A stretch of DNA of 63,772 nucleotides, filler included, from Stramenopiles sp. TOSAG23-2 (Eukaryota): the NCBI GenBank assembly GCA_900128395.1. It is 9 parts of 9 records of this genome, joined end to end, with 100 filler letters (N's around TTAATTAATTAA, not from the genome) between each part and the next. Parts side by side here need not be neighbours in the genome. Positions count along the whole stretch, not along the records: positions 1 to 11,457 come from LT649934.1; 8 more parts are not named here. The stretch is one strand, 5' to 3'. Position 1 is the first letter of the stretch, and every line of letters begins with the position of its first letter. The position numbers and the translations under genes are program-made. Below, in pieces: positions 1 through 9,469 of the stretch. Below the pieces are notes generated by a model that saw only the letters and a program-made list of their open reading frames with translations, did not search any database and was not told the origin of the DNA.

Positions 1-2
1 GT

Positions 3-512
3 GAAGCTATTGAATTAGCTAGTTTAACAAACAGTATTGAAGGCTTGTTTTTAGACCCAACAAAAATGGCAGATGCATACCGTGCAAGAGCAGAAGCGTA
101 TATGGCAGATCATGATTACAGTTTAGCAGTGAAAGATTATCGTTCAGTAATGGAGATCGAAACAGATTATGATAGAAAGAATAAAGCAGAAGATGATCAT
201 CGGCAGGCAAAATGGAAAGCAAAAGAGTGGGAAGAAGATAGAGATCATGCTGCAGTACTTGGTATGCCTGTAAATTATCGCGATTTGAATTTACCAAGTC
301 AATGTGCATGGTTAAAAAAGCAACATAGGAAAATGGTGAAAAAGTGGCACCCAGATAAGAGACGGAAGCATAATAAAAAAAGAGCAGAACGTAAATTTGC
401 TGAAGTTGCAGAAGCGAAAAAAGTTTTAAGTCAACAGTTAAATTGTAAACAAGTGGAAAAAGATATGAAAAATAAAGGCAAAAAGCGTAAAAGGCGTGGT
501 AGACGATTGTGA
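3..512 (+). CDS. DnaJ co-chaperone with TPR-like helices and C-terminal J domain (DNAJC3/P58IPK-like), 5' truncated by the window edge
   Basis: Frame open from base 3. TPR-like ADAYRARAEAYMADHDYSLAVKDYR, then a J domain with the HPD motif (KWHPDK...KFAEVAEAKKVL). Confidence 0.8.
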   Translation, partial: EAIELASLTNSIEGLFLDPTKMADAYRARAEAYMADHDYSLAVKDYRSVMEIETDYDRKNKAEDDHRQAKWKAKEWEEDRDHAAVLGMPVNYRDLNLPSQCAWLKKQHRKMVKKWHPDKRRKHNKKRAERKFAEVAEAKKVLSQQLNCKQVEKDMKNKGKKRKRRGRRL

Positions 513-874
513 AAAACAGGGGTGGGTGTGGAAAAAAAGGAGAGTAATATGAAATCACACACCTAAATGTGCAAAAACTACGTACTATGTTAGATGTACA
601 TTGAAACTAATGTCTTTTAATATAATAAAGAATTCACAATTTAAATTAACCATCATAATATTTTATACTCGTACGTCGTATATATTATATTTTTTTCTTT
701 TAATTTTTTACGTACCGAACGTACATTTTGCATTTTATGATAATATTTTTTTACAATTTTAAATGTCTTTCTCCATTTTTTAGTGTCTTCCCATCTTTTA
801 CATTTTTTTTTATTTTATTTGTCAGCGAGTTTTTTTGTCTCACATTCATTCCTTCATGTGTGTAGTTTGACTCC

Positions 875-1490
875 TTAAATAACAGCGTATGCTTTTAAAC
901 TGCTCAGCAAAACATACATGAACCATAAAAAGACCAATGCTGCTGCTGTTATATTTTGTAAGCGTTTTGGACCTCCAAGTTCACCACCTACACTTCTACG
1001 ACGGAAATTTAAGATTGCAAAGCAACAACATGCGCATGTACAGAATACACCAACACTAAAACCTAATGCACCAGCAGGAACTGCAAACCCACCAGCCTGC
1101 AATGCATCGTCAGATATAATACCTTTATATTTAGCTTTCCATTCATCTGTTGGTCCACCATTAGCACCATTAATACCGGCCCAATATAAAGTTGCAATGA
1201 CCCATGGTAAACCTAAACCAAGGAATACATTGACAGAGTTACTACCGGTAATATTCCCAATAGATGCATCAGCATATGGATCCTGTTTTGCCGCTGTCAT
1301 ACTTGCAAATGTATCAGGTAACGATGTTCCAAGTGCAACGAATGTAATTGCTGTAACAGAATCTTTCAAACCAAATAAACAACCAAAGATAGCTGCTGCA
1401 TCACCAATAATAACAGTCACACCACCAATCATAGATAACGAAACAACAAAGCATGCCCATCCTCCGTTTGAGTGATGATGTGATGATGGA
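875..1490 (-). CDS. Na+/Ca2+ exchanger (NCX family), C-terminal alpha-2 half only; 5' part absent
   Basis: NCX motifs GGWACFVVSLSMIG, GLKDSVTAITFVALGTSLPDTFAS, ASIGNITGSNSVNVFLGLGLPW and GGELGGP. Homology extends upstream of the ATG at 1432 to a possible acceptor (TTTACACAG) near 1491. Confidence 0.8.
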
Positions 1491-1707
1491 CTGTGTAAAT
1501 ATACTGTTGTACAGTAGGTTAAATACTGTATTGATCTCGCTATAATAATAGATGTGCAGAAGATGGAATGTGCGAATAGAGGCCGTTAATGTTCACATTG
1601 TTTTTTTGTACTAGGTAGCTAGCTATTATATATTGAAATTATCATACATGCATCGTTACAATCATCACAATCATCCTATTTATTGAATTATTACATATCT
1701 CACATAT

Positions 1708-1753
1708 CCTCTCGTCGGAAAAACGCTAAATTGCCCCTCGGGGCAATTTAAGG
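1708..1753. repeat. Transposon 3' end: 12-bp TIR, 7-bp spacer, 24-bp palindromic inner repeat
   Basis: CCTCTCGTCGGA-aaaacgc-TAAATTGCCCC-tc-GGGGCAATTTA-AGG. Confidence 0.92.
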
Positions 1754-1990
1754 AACAAGGAAATAACATTACAGTAGTGATGTGTTGCTGTTAAAAAGTA
1801 CACGAACACAGCAGCTGCTACCCCCTTTATTTTTGTTAGGCAGAGAGGTAGTTGTATTAAGTATAAGAAAAGTGTATACTGAAAGAGTCGGTCAACTCAA
1901 AGATCATTTGAAGAAATATATATTTACATTATCTTTTTACACAAGCACACTTTACTTACAAAATGCATTCTGAGTATTCCAGCAGAGTTA

Positions 1991-2530
1991 CTACAATCTA
2001 GCTCCATCTGTACCATTTGCACTTCCATTCCATTCATCCGTTCCAATATATTTTTGTTCAACACGATTCTTTTCCACATCTGGTACTTCTTTGCCATGAT
2101 GATACAAATAGAAACAGTCCAATGAGCAATAGCTGGATAAACAGTTGATTTCTTGGCACATGAATTGTGCATTTGGCAAGGATGTACGTGGCAGCCCAGT
2201 TGGTCCTGGCCTATAAGATTCCCCATTACACCATTTTCTGCCAATTTGATTACAAACCTGGCAAGCCTTGTTTGAACGTCCATTAAAAGCTAATGGCAAA
2301 TGACCTGGTTCGTAGTTTCTAGCTTTCAGCCCTCTATTAGCACTATTACGTGGAATACGCATGGATGGATATGAATGGCCATTCGGTTTTTTTTTGCTTG
2401 AGTAAGCTTTCTTCTTTGCAACTTCTTTATCTTGCTGGCCTTTCCTTGAATCAAATTCTTCCATTGTCTCATCTTTACGTTGCGCTTTTGGACGACCTCT
2501 TTGATTTTTTTTATAAAGTGGTAAATGTTG
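1991..2530 (-). CDS. In-frame continuation of the transposase beyond TGA 2531-2533: AT-hook-like RGRP and C-terminal cysteine-rich domain
   Basis: Same frame as 2531..5317. Reads QHLPLYKKNQRGRPKAQRKDETMEEF...HLP...CQVC...CQEINCLSSYCSLDCFYLYH, typical of piggyBac CRD zinc fingers. Confidence 0.8.
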   Translation of the reverse strand, partial: QHLPLYKKNQRGRPKAQRKDETMEEFDSRKGQQDKEVAKKKAYSSKKKPNGHSYPSMRIPRNSANRGLKARNYEPGHLPLAFNGRSNKACQVCNQIGRKWCNGESYRPGPTGLPRTSLPNAQFMCQEINCLSSYCSLDCFYLYHHGKEVPDVEKNRVEQKYIGTDEWNGSANGTDGARL

Positions 2531-5317
2531 TCATAAACCAAGTTTTGATCGTACAATTGATAATTGGAAGTCATGGTGAGAAACAAATACTGGCTTTTTC
2601 ATTCTTGTTGTCCATTTGAAAGTTGGTTTTAAAAATGCTTCAATTTCTTCATCTGTTCGTACATCAACTTCTCTACCCCGTCTAACTTTAAACTTATCAG
2701 CTTCACGTTGGGCAGCCATATCCTTATCCCATTCATCATTGTACTTTTTCATTTCAGCTGCATACATAATTTCATATGCAATATAGGCTTGCGTTGCCCT
2801 TGTATTAATGACCCAGCAAAACATGGCCCATGTCCACTTCATATTGTGCCACATATGTTCACCATCAATTCTATAATACCACCTCTTGCGATCCTGGTTA
2901 TCAACCCCTCCCATGTACTTATTGTAAGCCTCAATCAATGTCAAACATAAAAATGTAATAACCTGTAAAACATACAGCCATACTCTGGTAACAGCATTAT
3001 TATCATTGTTATTATTGTCTGGAGGTGGTTGTACTTGTGCCGCTTCTTGCACTTGTGCCGCTTGTTGCCCATTTTCAGCTATATCCAACCTCTCAGCTTG
3101 ACCTACAGCAGCTCTTTGAGTACGAACATGCACATTCCGCTTCTTTTCTGTCATCATGCATTTTCCATGCGTATCCAACTCAACTTCTTTTGTGGTATAA
3201 AACTTCACCGGATCTTTACCATTATCATAGACATTCACAGCAATCATCCCAAATTTATCATTAGGAATACCTTTGCCAGGAATGTCAAAAATTAATGAAC
3301 GTCCATCATGGATTTGCTCAGCTTTTAAACGTTCTTTATCACTTGGTCGTGTCACTGTTGGAAGTAGTGCCTCTTTTGGAAATCCACGATTTTTATGAAC
3401 AACCTGTGTCATTAATACAGCTGCTTCCACAAAAGCATAATATGGTAATTTAATACCACTGTACAAATTGTCACAATAACATGTTCTCCATTTTCCTTTA
3501 ATGCAATCTTTGTTTAGCATATGCATGCAACGGTTTACAAGTGGGCTACAATCATGACGGACTTTTACTCCCTCTGGGCTATCTGTTCGGAATTTGAACG
3601 TGATCAAGGCTCCAGTTTTAGAGCAACAAATAGCATCTAATAATACGCCATCCCCTTCACGTTTGTACGTAATTCGGGTTTTACCAGCCATGAACGAACC
3701 CTGAAATCCCATTACTATTTCATCAAGCGAAAATCTTTCACCGCAAATGAATACATCTTCACATGCTAACATAAGCGCATCCAACATTGCCCGTGTTAGG
3801 TGTAGAACATCACCTTTAAATTCACCAACTAACGGTACCTCTACATCCGGGTCATTCATTCGAAGGTATGTTTTTAACTTCTCGACTTCCTTGTAAGATC
3901 CGTGTCCACCTAATGCTGCAATAACTTCAGGATTTCCAACCAATGAGTCCCGGGACCAATGGTAACGTAGCTGTGCACGCGGACATACACCATTATATAG
4001 CAAAACTCCTTGTGTCTTTTGCATTGTTTCTATTGTTGGTGCATCCTTAGGGTCATTCCCGGCAGCTATAAAATGATTTCGTGTCCATAGTAGCATCATT
4101 TCATCCCCATTTTTCCCATCAATTTTCCCGATAAAATGATCATAAATATCAACAGGCATCATATCATATTTCCATCCTAAGCTTGGATTAATTTTTGTAT
4201 CTTCATGACCCAATGTACATTCTGGCGGTGAATATTTTTGCTTATTAATTTCATCTAATGGTAACCACTCAGACGCAGCAAATAGTGGATCAGTAGGGTG
4301 TTGTGCAATATTACAACCAACACGTGGTGGACGAAGTGCAGTACCTGGTGGATCATCTGGATGTAGACGAGGTGCTACACTACCTAAAGGTATTGTTTCA
4401 GCAAATTTATACTCAGTTGGGCGTTGTGTTAAAGGGCATTTTGTATAAGCAGCTCTTGATTTATGACCATAGTAACCACAATGTTTACATTGAGGAATCA
4501 CATTTGGTGCATGTGGAACTTGTGCTGCACCTTGTAATAGAGGTTGTAACAAAGGTTGTTGGTCTTCTTGTTCTTCCTCCTCATCATCTGTACCATTGCC
4601 TAAATTAACTGTAACTGGGTCAACCTCATCACCGGGAACATGAAGTGAAGGCACAATATTAGACGCATCATTCACATTACCTTCTATAGGAATTAAAACC
4701 TCTCTTGTTCCTACAACATCGCGATTGGGGTTTTCTGTTGCTGTTGATGCAGTTTCTGTACTATTAGTAGTAGTTGTAGTAGTAGTAGTAGTACTTGTTG
4801 TTGTTGTTACTTCACCATCAACACTTCCATTGCTACTATCACTGGTATTATTATTATTACTTCCTGGATTATTATTATCAGTTGAAGATGATGCGTTAAT
4901 ATTAATATCAACAATGGTATGGTTGATTAATGGCACAGACTCATCATCGTCATTGTCATTTTCATCACTGTTATAATCTCCATCACCGTCTGCAATCAAA
5001 CTATTATTATCTTCCACATCACCTTGTTCTTCTCCCCCGTCTTTGTTGCTATCGATACCAATGATAATACTATTGTTATTGTTATTATTATTATTATTAT
5101 TATTTGTAGCTTGATCATTAGTACGTTGTTTTTTTTTGCTTTTTCTTCGTCGTTTTGAGACAGCCCTTTTTCTTCTTTTCTTATTAGAAAGATTTCTTTC
5201 CCTCTCTTCCTTTTCCTCATCTCTACGTGCTTGTTCTTCGACTACCTTTGCAGTTTTTTTCGTATTTCTACCTGATTTTCGTTGGCCATTTTTGCTACGA
5301 GTTACTCTCATTTTCAA
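2531..5317 (-). CDS. piggyBac-type DDD transposase, N-terminal and catalytic part (928 aa to the first stop)
   Basis: Catalytic motifs FSLDEIVMGFQG, CYCDNLYSG and YNKYMGGVDNQDR. CCHC knuckle CKHCGYYGHKSRAAYTKC. Basic NLS-like and acidic low-complexity N-terminus. Confidence 0.9.
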   Translation of the reverse strand: MKMRVTRSKNGQRKSGRNTKKTAKVVEEQARRDEEKEERERNLSNKKRRKRAVSKRRRKSKKKQRTNDQATNNNNNNNNNNNSIIIGIDSNKDGGEEQGDVEDNNSLIADGDGDYNSDENDNDDDESVPLINHTIVDININASSSTDNNNPGSNNNNTSDSSNGSVDGEVTTTTSTTTTTTTTTNSTETASTATENPNRDVVGTREVLIPIEGNVNDASNIVPSLHVPGDEVDPVTVNLGNGTDDEEEEQEDQQPLLQPLLQGAAQVPHAPNVIPQCKHCGYYGHKSRAAYTKCPLTQRPTEYKFAETIPLGSVAPRLHPDDPPGTALRPPRVGCNIAQHPTDPLFAASEWLPLDEINKQKYSPPECTLGHEDTKINPSLGWKYDMMPVDIYDHFIGKIDGKNGDEMMLLWTRNHFIAAGNDPKDAPTIETMQKTQGVLLYNGVCPRAQLRYHWSRDSLVGNPEVIAALGGHGSYKEVEKLKTYLRMNDPDVEVPLVGEFKGDVLHLTRAMLDALMLACEDVFICGERFSLDEIVMGFQGSFMAGKTRITYKREGDGVLLDAICCSKTGALITFKFRTDSPEGVKVRHDCSPLVNRCMHMLNKDCIKGKWRTCYCDNLYSGIKLPYYAFVEAAVLMTQVVHKNRGFPKEALLPTVTRPSDKERLKAEQIHDGRSLIFDIPGKGIPNDKFGMIAVNVYDNGKDPVKFYTTKEVELDTHGKCMMTEKKRNVHVRTQRAAVGQAERLDIAENGQQAAQVQEAAQVQPPPDNNNNDNNAVTRVWLYVLQVITFLCLTLIEAYNKYMGGVDNQDRKRWYYRIDGEHMWHNMKWTWAMFCWVINTRATQAYIAYEIMYAAEMKKYNDEWDKDMAAQREADKFKVRRGREVDVRTDEEIEAFLKPTFKWTTRMKKPVFVSHHDFQLSIVRSKLGL

Positions 5318-5605
5318 TTAAATAAAAAATATATCATTAACTATTAAAAAAGTACGCAATAAAAGAAATACCATACAAATACAATTACAGATGAACGTTA
5401 GAATCTATATTTTATACACATGTGTGGGTAAATGAGAAAATGTACAAACGTGCACCGTCCGTTTCAAATTTGAATCACTTCTAGATGGAATCATGATATG
5501 ATATATATATGTATACAAAGCTATGGATGTGTAGATTGCTTCTAGCCATTCATTTTTATGGTTGCCATCGAAATCTTCGAGATACAATTTTTTAAAAATT
5601 AGATC

Positions 5606-5644
5606 CCTTAAATTGCCCCCTGGGGCAATTTATCCGACGAGAGG
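5606..5644. repeat. Transposon 5' end: palindromic inner repeat directly abutting the 12-bp TIR
   Basis: CCT-TAAATTGCCCC-ct-GGGGCAATTTA-TCCGACGAGAGG; its reverse complement matches the other end with no spacer. Confidence 0.92.
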
Positions 5645-5736
5645 ATATATATATATACATTTCAAACGATCGATCGATGTAGAGAGAAAAGAGAGAAAGA
5701 CCAACCAACCAAAAAAAAAGACAAAGAAATGCAAAC

Positions 5737-6847
5737 ATGAGTTTAGAACAAAAAGCAGAAATAGCGAGTGGGAAAAACATCGATGATCCTGGTGAACAAG
5801 TAGTTGCAAAAGATTTTGTACCATTATTTAAATTAACGGATGCGAAGTACAATTAAATATTATGATTTATCACATAACGTCATTACCGACCCTGGCATAA
5901 TTACATTAGCGAAAGAGACGGTGCCAAATATGAAAGAATATTGCATTGAATATTTAAATTTAGTAGGTAATTGGTTTACATTGAAAATTGGTGTAAGTCT
6001 TGGTGATGCACTGACTGCCAATGCTTTTGCAAATCATATTAAATTTGAAGATACAAGTGGTTCAACTGTTGGAACATATGGTGGTTGTATATCAGCTGAT
6101 GAGATACGGCATGCTGAAGAATTATTGACCATAAATAATCGAGCAATGTGTGACGTATGTGGTAGTATCATAGCACGTATGATCCTTGCAAATGATGATA
6201 TACATAAAATTAATTTAGCAAGAAATCGTTTTACTAATCGCACTGCAGCATTGATTTGTGAAACCATATTGGATCATGGGTTTATAACTGAGTTAGATTT
6301 AAGTTGTAATAATGTTGATTTACAAGAACCAGACTTGAATAAACGTATTTTTGACTCATGTGGAAAAGCAAAAAAATTAACAAAATTACGATTAGATAGA
6401 AATGGCATTAATAATGATGGAATGTGGTCGATTGTCAGTTTCATTGGCTCCGATCCACCATTAGAAATGTTATCAATCCAAGGGAACAATTTCTATGAGA
6501 AAAAATGCTTTGAAATCTTGGTAAACAATTTAAAACTGAATCGTACGTTGATATGGCTCGATTTAAGATACAATCCTGCCTTTTTAAATCAATTAGTCAT
6601 GACTGGAGATGGATATCCAATGCTGGCATTTCAACTAAATCGCAGCAATAAAGATCTAGTATGCCCCCCATTTCACGATGTAGATATGGAAAATGAAATA
6701 CTAGCGCAGGATCAAGAGTATATGCATAAATTTAGGGAAAGAATGTTGAAAAAAATCCGTATAATGATGGATTCAAGTGGTGAGATGGATCAAGCAAGTA
6801 ACTTATGGTTAGGTAGAGCACAAAATTATGTTGAGCCAGGTGATTGA
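5737..6847 (+). CDS. Leucine-rich repeat protein (RNI/NLRC3-like LRRs), with an apparent frameshift near 5840-5855
   Basis: LxxLxLxxN repeats (YYDLSHNVI, INLARNRF, ELDLSCNNV, LRLDRNGI, LDLRYN) in 5840..6847. The ATG at 5737 opens a 39-codon frame offset by 1 nt. Confidence 0.75.
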
Positions 6848-7030
6848 TTGAATATTGAATCTCTAGGAGGAGCTAAAAATAATATGACGCTTTTTGTACC
6901 ACCGTGGGATAAAATTTTAATTTTTTGTGTTTGTTTAATAATTTACGACGCACACGTATTTTAGTCCCCTCAATATCACATCACAACAACGAATCCCCTC
7001 TCTCTCTGGGCTCTATTAACCCTCCCCTTT

Positions 7031-7507
7031 TTAAACAGGCGCAAATACAGACCAAGCCATCTCATTCACAGCTCTTTGTTTGCTTATACGTTTTGCTTGA
7101 AATTCACACTTTTCCAGGTAAATCTTTTTTCTTTGTAACTCTACTTGATACAATTGCCTTTCCTCTTCCACATAATCGAATCCTTCTTTTGTTTCGTTGT
7201 CATATATTCTACTATCTTTTTTGCTTTCTAAGTTGCTATCATCTCCACAGTAAAATTTAAATTTAGCTTCTTTCGTTTCACCAGTGTATAAATAAGCAGA
7301 TTTCTTTTTATTTCTATGTTTTAACCCAATATCTTTGTTAACAGCTTGTTTTTTATTTACATTTTGAGGACTTTGGGAACATGCGTGATAGTTGATAAGA
7401 AAATTTTTATTTTGTTCAAATGTTTTCTGTTTTTGATTGTACATGTAAATGCTATCATTCTGTGAATGTTGTATACCTTGTTTTCTATTTGCATTGATTT
7501 TATACAT
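7031..7507 (-). CDS. Hypothetical protein (158 aa)
   Basis: ATG-initiated ORF with a plausible charged composition; no recognised motif. Confidence 0.45.
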   Translation of the reverse strand: MYKINANRKQGIQHSQNDSIYMYNQKQKTFEQNKNFLINYHACSQSPQNVNKKQAVNKDIGLKHRNKKKSAYLYTGETKEAKFKFYCGDDSNLESKKDSRIYDNETKEGFDYVEEERQLYQVELQRKKIYLEKCEFQAKRISKQRAVNEMAWSVFAPV

Positions 7508-8101
7508 AATACTTCTATCGATGAAACAAAAATTGGTGACCTCAGATAGGTATTATAATAATATTATATGTGTGTATGATGAAATGGTCCAGATACTGAT
7601 ATAAAATGTTTTTAATAATTACAGAGATGTATGTATATTGATCTTTCTTTCCTTTCTATCTTTTTACCTATTGTAGATAGGACTTAAGCAACGTAATAAT
7701 GGTGTACCACATCTATTGAATATATATATATTTAACCCGGAGTTTTCCCTAATGTGCTAATGGTATGTGTATGTTAATTTTTATAATCTGGATATCCATC
7801 AAGGAAAGTCGACTTATACCAGTAGTGCAGTAGACTGAAAAAACTAGATAGCTGTAGCTACAGTATAGCTAGTAGTAGCAAAGGAGATAAAGATTCTTCA
7901 AGTTAAAATTTGCCATCACTATATTTACCTTATAGAGGCCAAAATCAAGTTAAAATTAAGGTTTTCCATCGATTTTTGTGCCTATTTAGCATATAAATAG
8001 GACTAGATGTTATTTATATGCTAATTTGTATATTTGATAGAGTATATTCTAGTATTTAGTATACAATAAGTACGAAATGACCAATTAAGAAGATGAAGAA
8101 G

Positions 8102-8103
<2 letters not shown>

Positions 8104-8135
<32 letters not shown>
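8104..8135. repeat. Poly(A) run (32 nt)
   Basis: Uninterrupted A tract upstream of the sulfotransferase. Confidence 0.9.
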
Positions 8136-8137
<2 letters not shown>

Positions 8138-8374
8138 TATTTTTCGTTCTTTCTTACGCACGAAGATAAATTATAGTCTAAGGGAATATACTCTGGTGTA
8201 TGCAGATATATCTATACATGTATCATAACTAGAATATAACTGCTTGGGAAAACAAAATACCTACATTAACATAATACATACAGTTGTTATTATATCATAG
8301 CATTTTAAAATACTTGTACCACAGTATCTACATTAACATTATTTAATACCTGTTCAGTTTTACAAAAAGATAAA

Positions 8375-9469
8375 ATGAATGATATATTATTCAATACAGA
8401 AGCATTAATAAAAGCAATACCTTTTGTATGTTTAACAACATATTCCTTATTAAAACGAAATAGGAAAAATTTATTTAAACCACAAAAATATCAAGTACTT
8501 ACAAGAAAATTAGGAGTAAGATATGGTCCACCTGGGTTAGTTGAAGGAATTCCATTTTTTATGGATCGTGAATATTTCAAATCAAATGGCAGAATAAATA
8601 GGACAGAAGAAATTATTACTACATTCAATTCAATATTATCCGTACGTGAGACTGATGTTTTTATTAATACGTTTCCTAAATGTGGCACTACTTGGACAAA
8701 TCAAATTGTTTTATTGTTATTGTTCAAAGGAGATAGTTCATCATGGAAAAACAACCCACATAATTGGGTTGTTATAAATAAAAAAGATAAAAAATCAAAA
8801 TCTTTAACTCCAATAACGTGGCCTGCAAGGCAATATTTTTTTTCTGAAAATCGTGATGTATTTTTGAAGTCATTTGAACAATTATCCAATCCTCGGATTT
8901 TAAAATCACATATGCCTATTCATTTGATGCCAGATAAACATGCAAATCGATGGAATTTAAAAATATTGAAAGGAAGAACTATTTATGTAACACGAAATCC
9001 AAAAGATGCGTTGGTTTCAATGTTTTATCATGCTCAACGTGTATGGAAGTTCAATGGTTCATTTTCTCAATGGTTTAAATTGTGGCTTTCGAATGAAATT
9101 GAATTTGGAAATTGGTTCGATCATACTATTGCATGGTGGTATGCATATAGATTACCTGCAAATAAAGGTAAAATATTATGGATTCATTACGAAGATTTAA
9201 AATTGAACAACCGTGAAACAATTGAGAAAATTGCAAAGTTTTTGTATATTGATGATGTATCTGATGAATTGTACGAAGCTGTGTCTAATAAATCATCGTT
9301 CTCTTCAATGCAAAGTGGGGCAAAGAAACGCGCTTGGTTCTTTCGAAAAGGTTATATTTCTGATTGGAAAAATCATTTCTCAAAAGAGGAAAATGAGAAA
9401 TTTAATAAAATTTATAATGAGAGGATGAAAGATGTAACGAAAGATGGATTGGTGTATAAAGGGATGTAA
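8375..9469 (+). CDS. Cytosolic-type (SULT) PAPS-dependent sulfotransferase
   Basis: 5'-PSB TFPKCGTTW, catalytic ILKSH, 3'-PB RNPKDALVS, C-terminal RKGYISDWKNHF. Confidence 0.93.
   Translation: MNDILFNTEALIKAIPFVCLTTYSLLKRNRKNLFKPQKYQVLTRKLGVRYGPPGLVEGIPFFMDREYFKSNGRINRTEEIITTFNSILSVRETDVFINTFPKCGTTWTNQIVLLLLFKGDSSSWKNNPHNWVVINKKDKKSKSLTPITWPARQYFFSENRDVFLKSFEQLSNPRILKSHMPIHLMPDKHANRWNLKILKGRTIYVTRNPKDALVSMFYHAQRVWKFNGSFSQWFKLWLSNEIEFGNWFDHTIAWWYAYRLPANKGKILWIHYEDLKLNNRETIEKIAKFLYIDDVSDELYEAVSNKSSFSSMQSGAKKRAWFFRKGYISDWKNHFSKEENEKFNKIYNERMKDVTKDGLVYKGM

Larger units (their letters stand above)
1708..5644 (-). mobile_element. Full-length piggyBac-superfamily DNA transposon (3,937 bp) with ATAT target-site duplication
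   Basis: Perfect 12-bp terminal inverted repeats CCTCTCGTCGGA (1708-1719) and TCCGACGAGAGG (5633-5644). ATAT flanks at 1704-1707 and 5645-5648. Matching inner repeats and an internal DDD transposase. Confidence 0.92.

Noticed and set aside
2531-2533. Genome-wide TGA reassignment or selenocysteine
   Set aside because: TGA ends host genes at sensible positions, TGG encodes Trp throughout, and I saw no SECIS-like element.
2963-2983. Possible 21-nt in-frame mini-intron in the transposase (GTATGG...TTTTACAG)
   Set aside because: It is very short, has no branch point, and the frame is open without it; it cannot be supported without RNA data.
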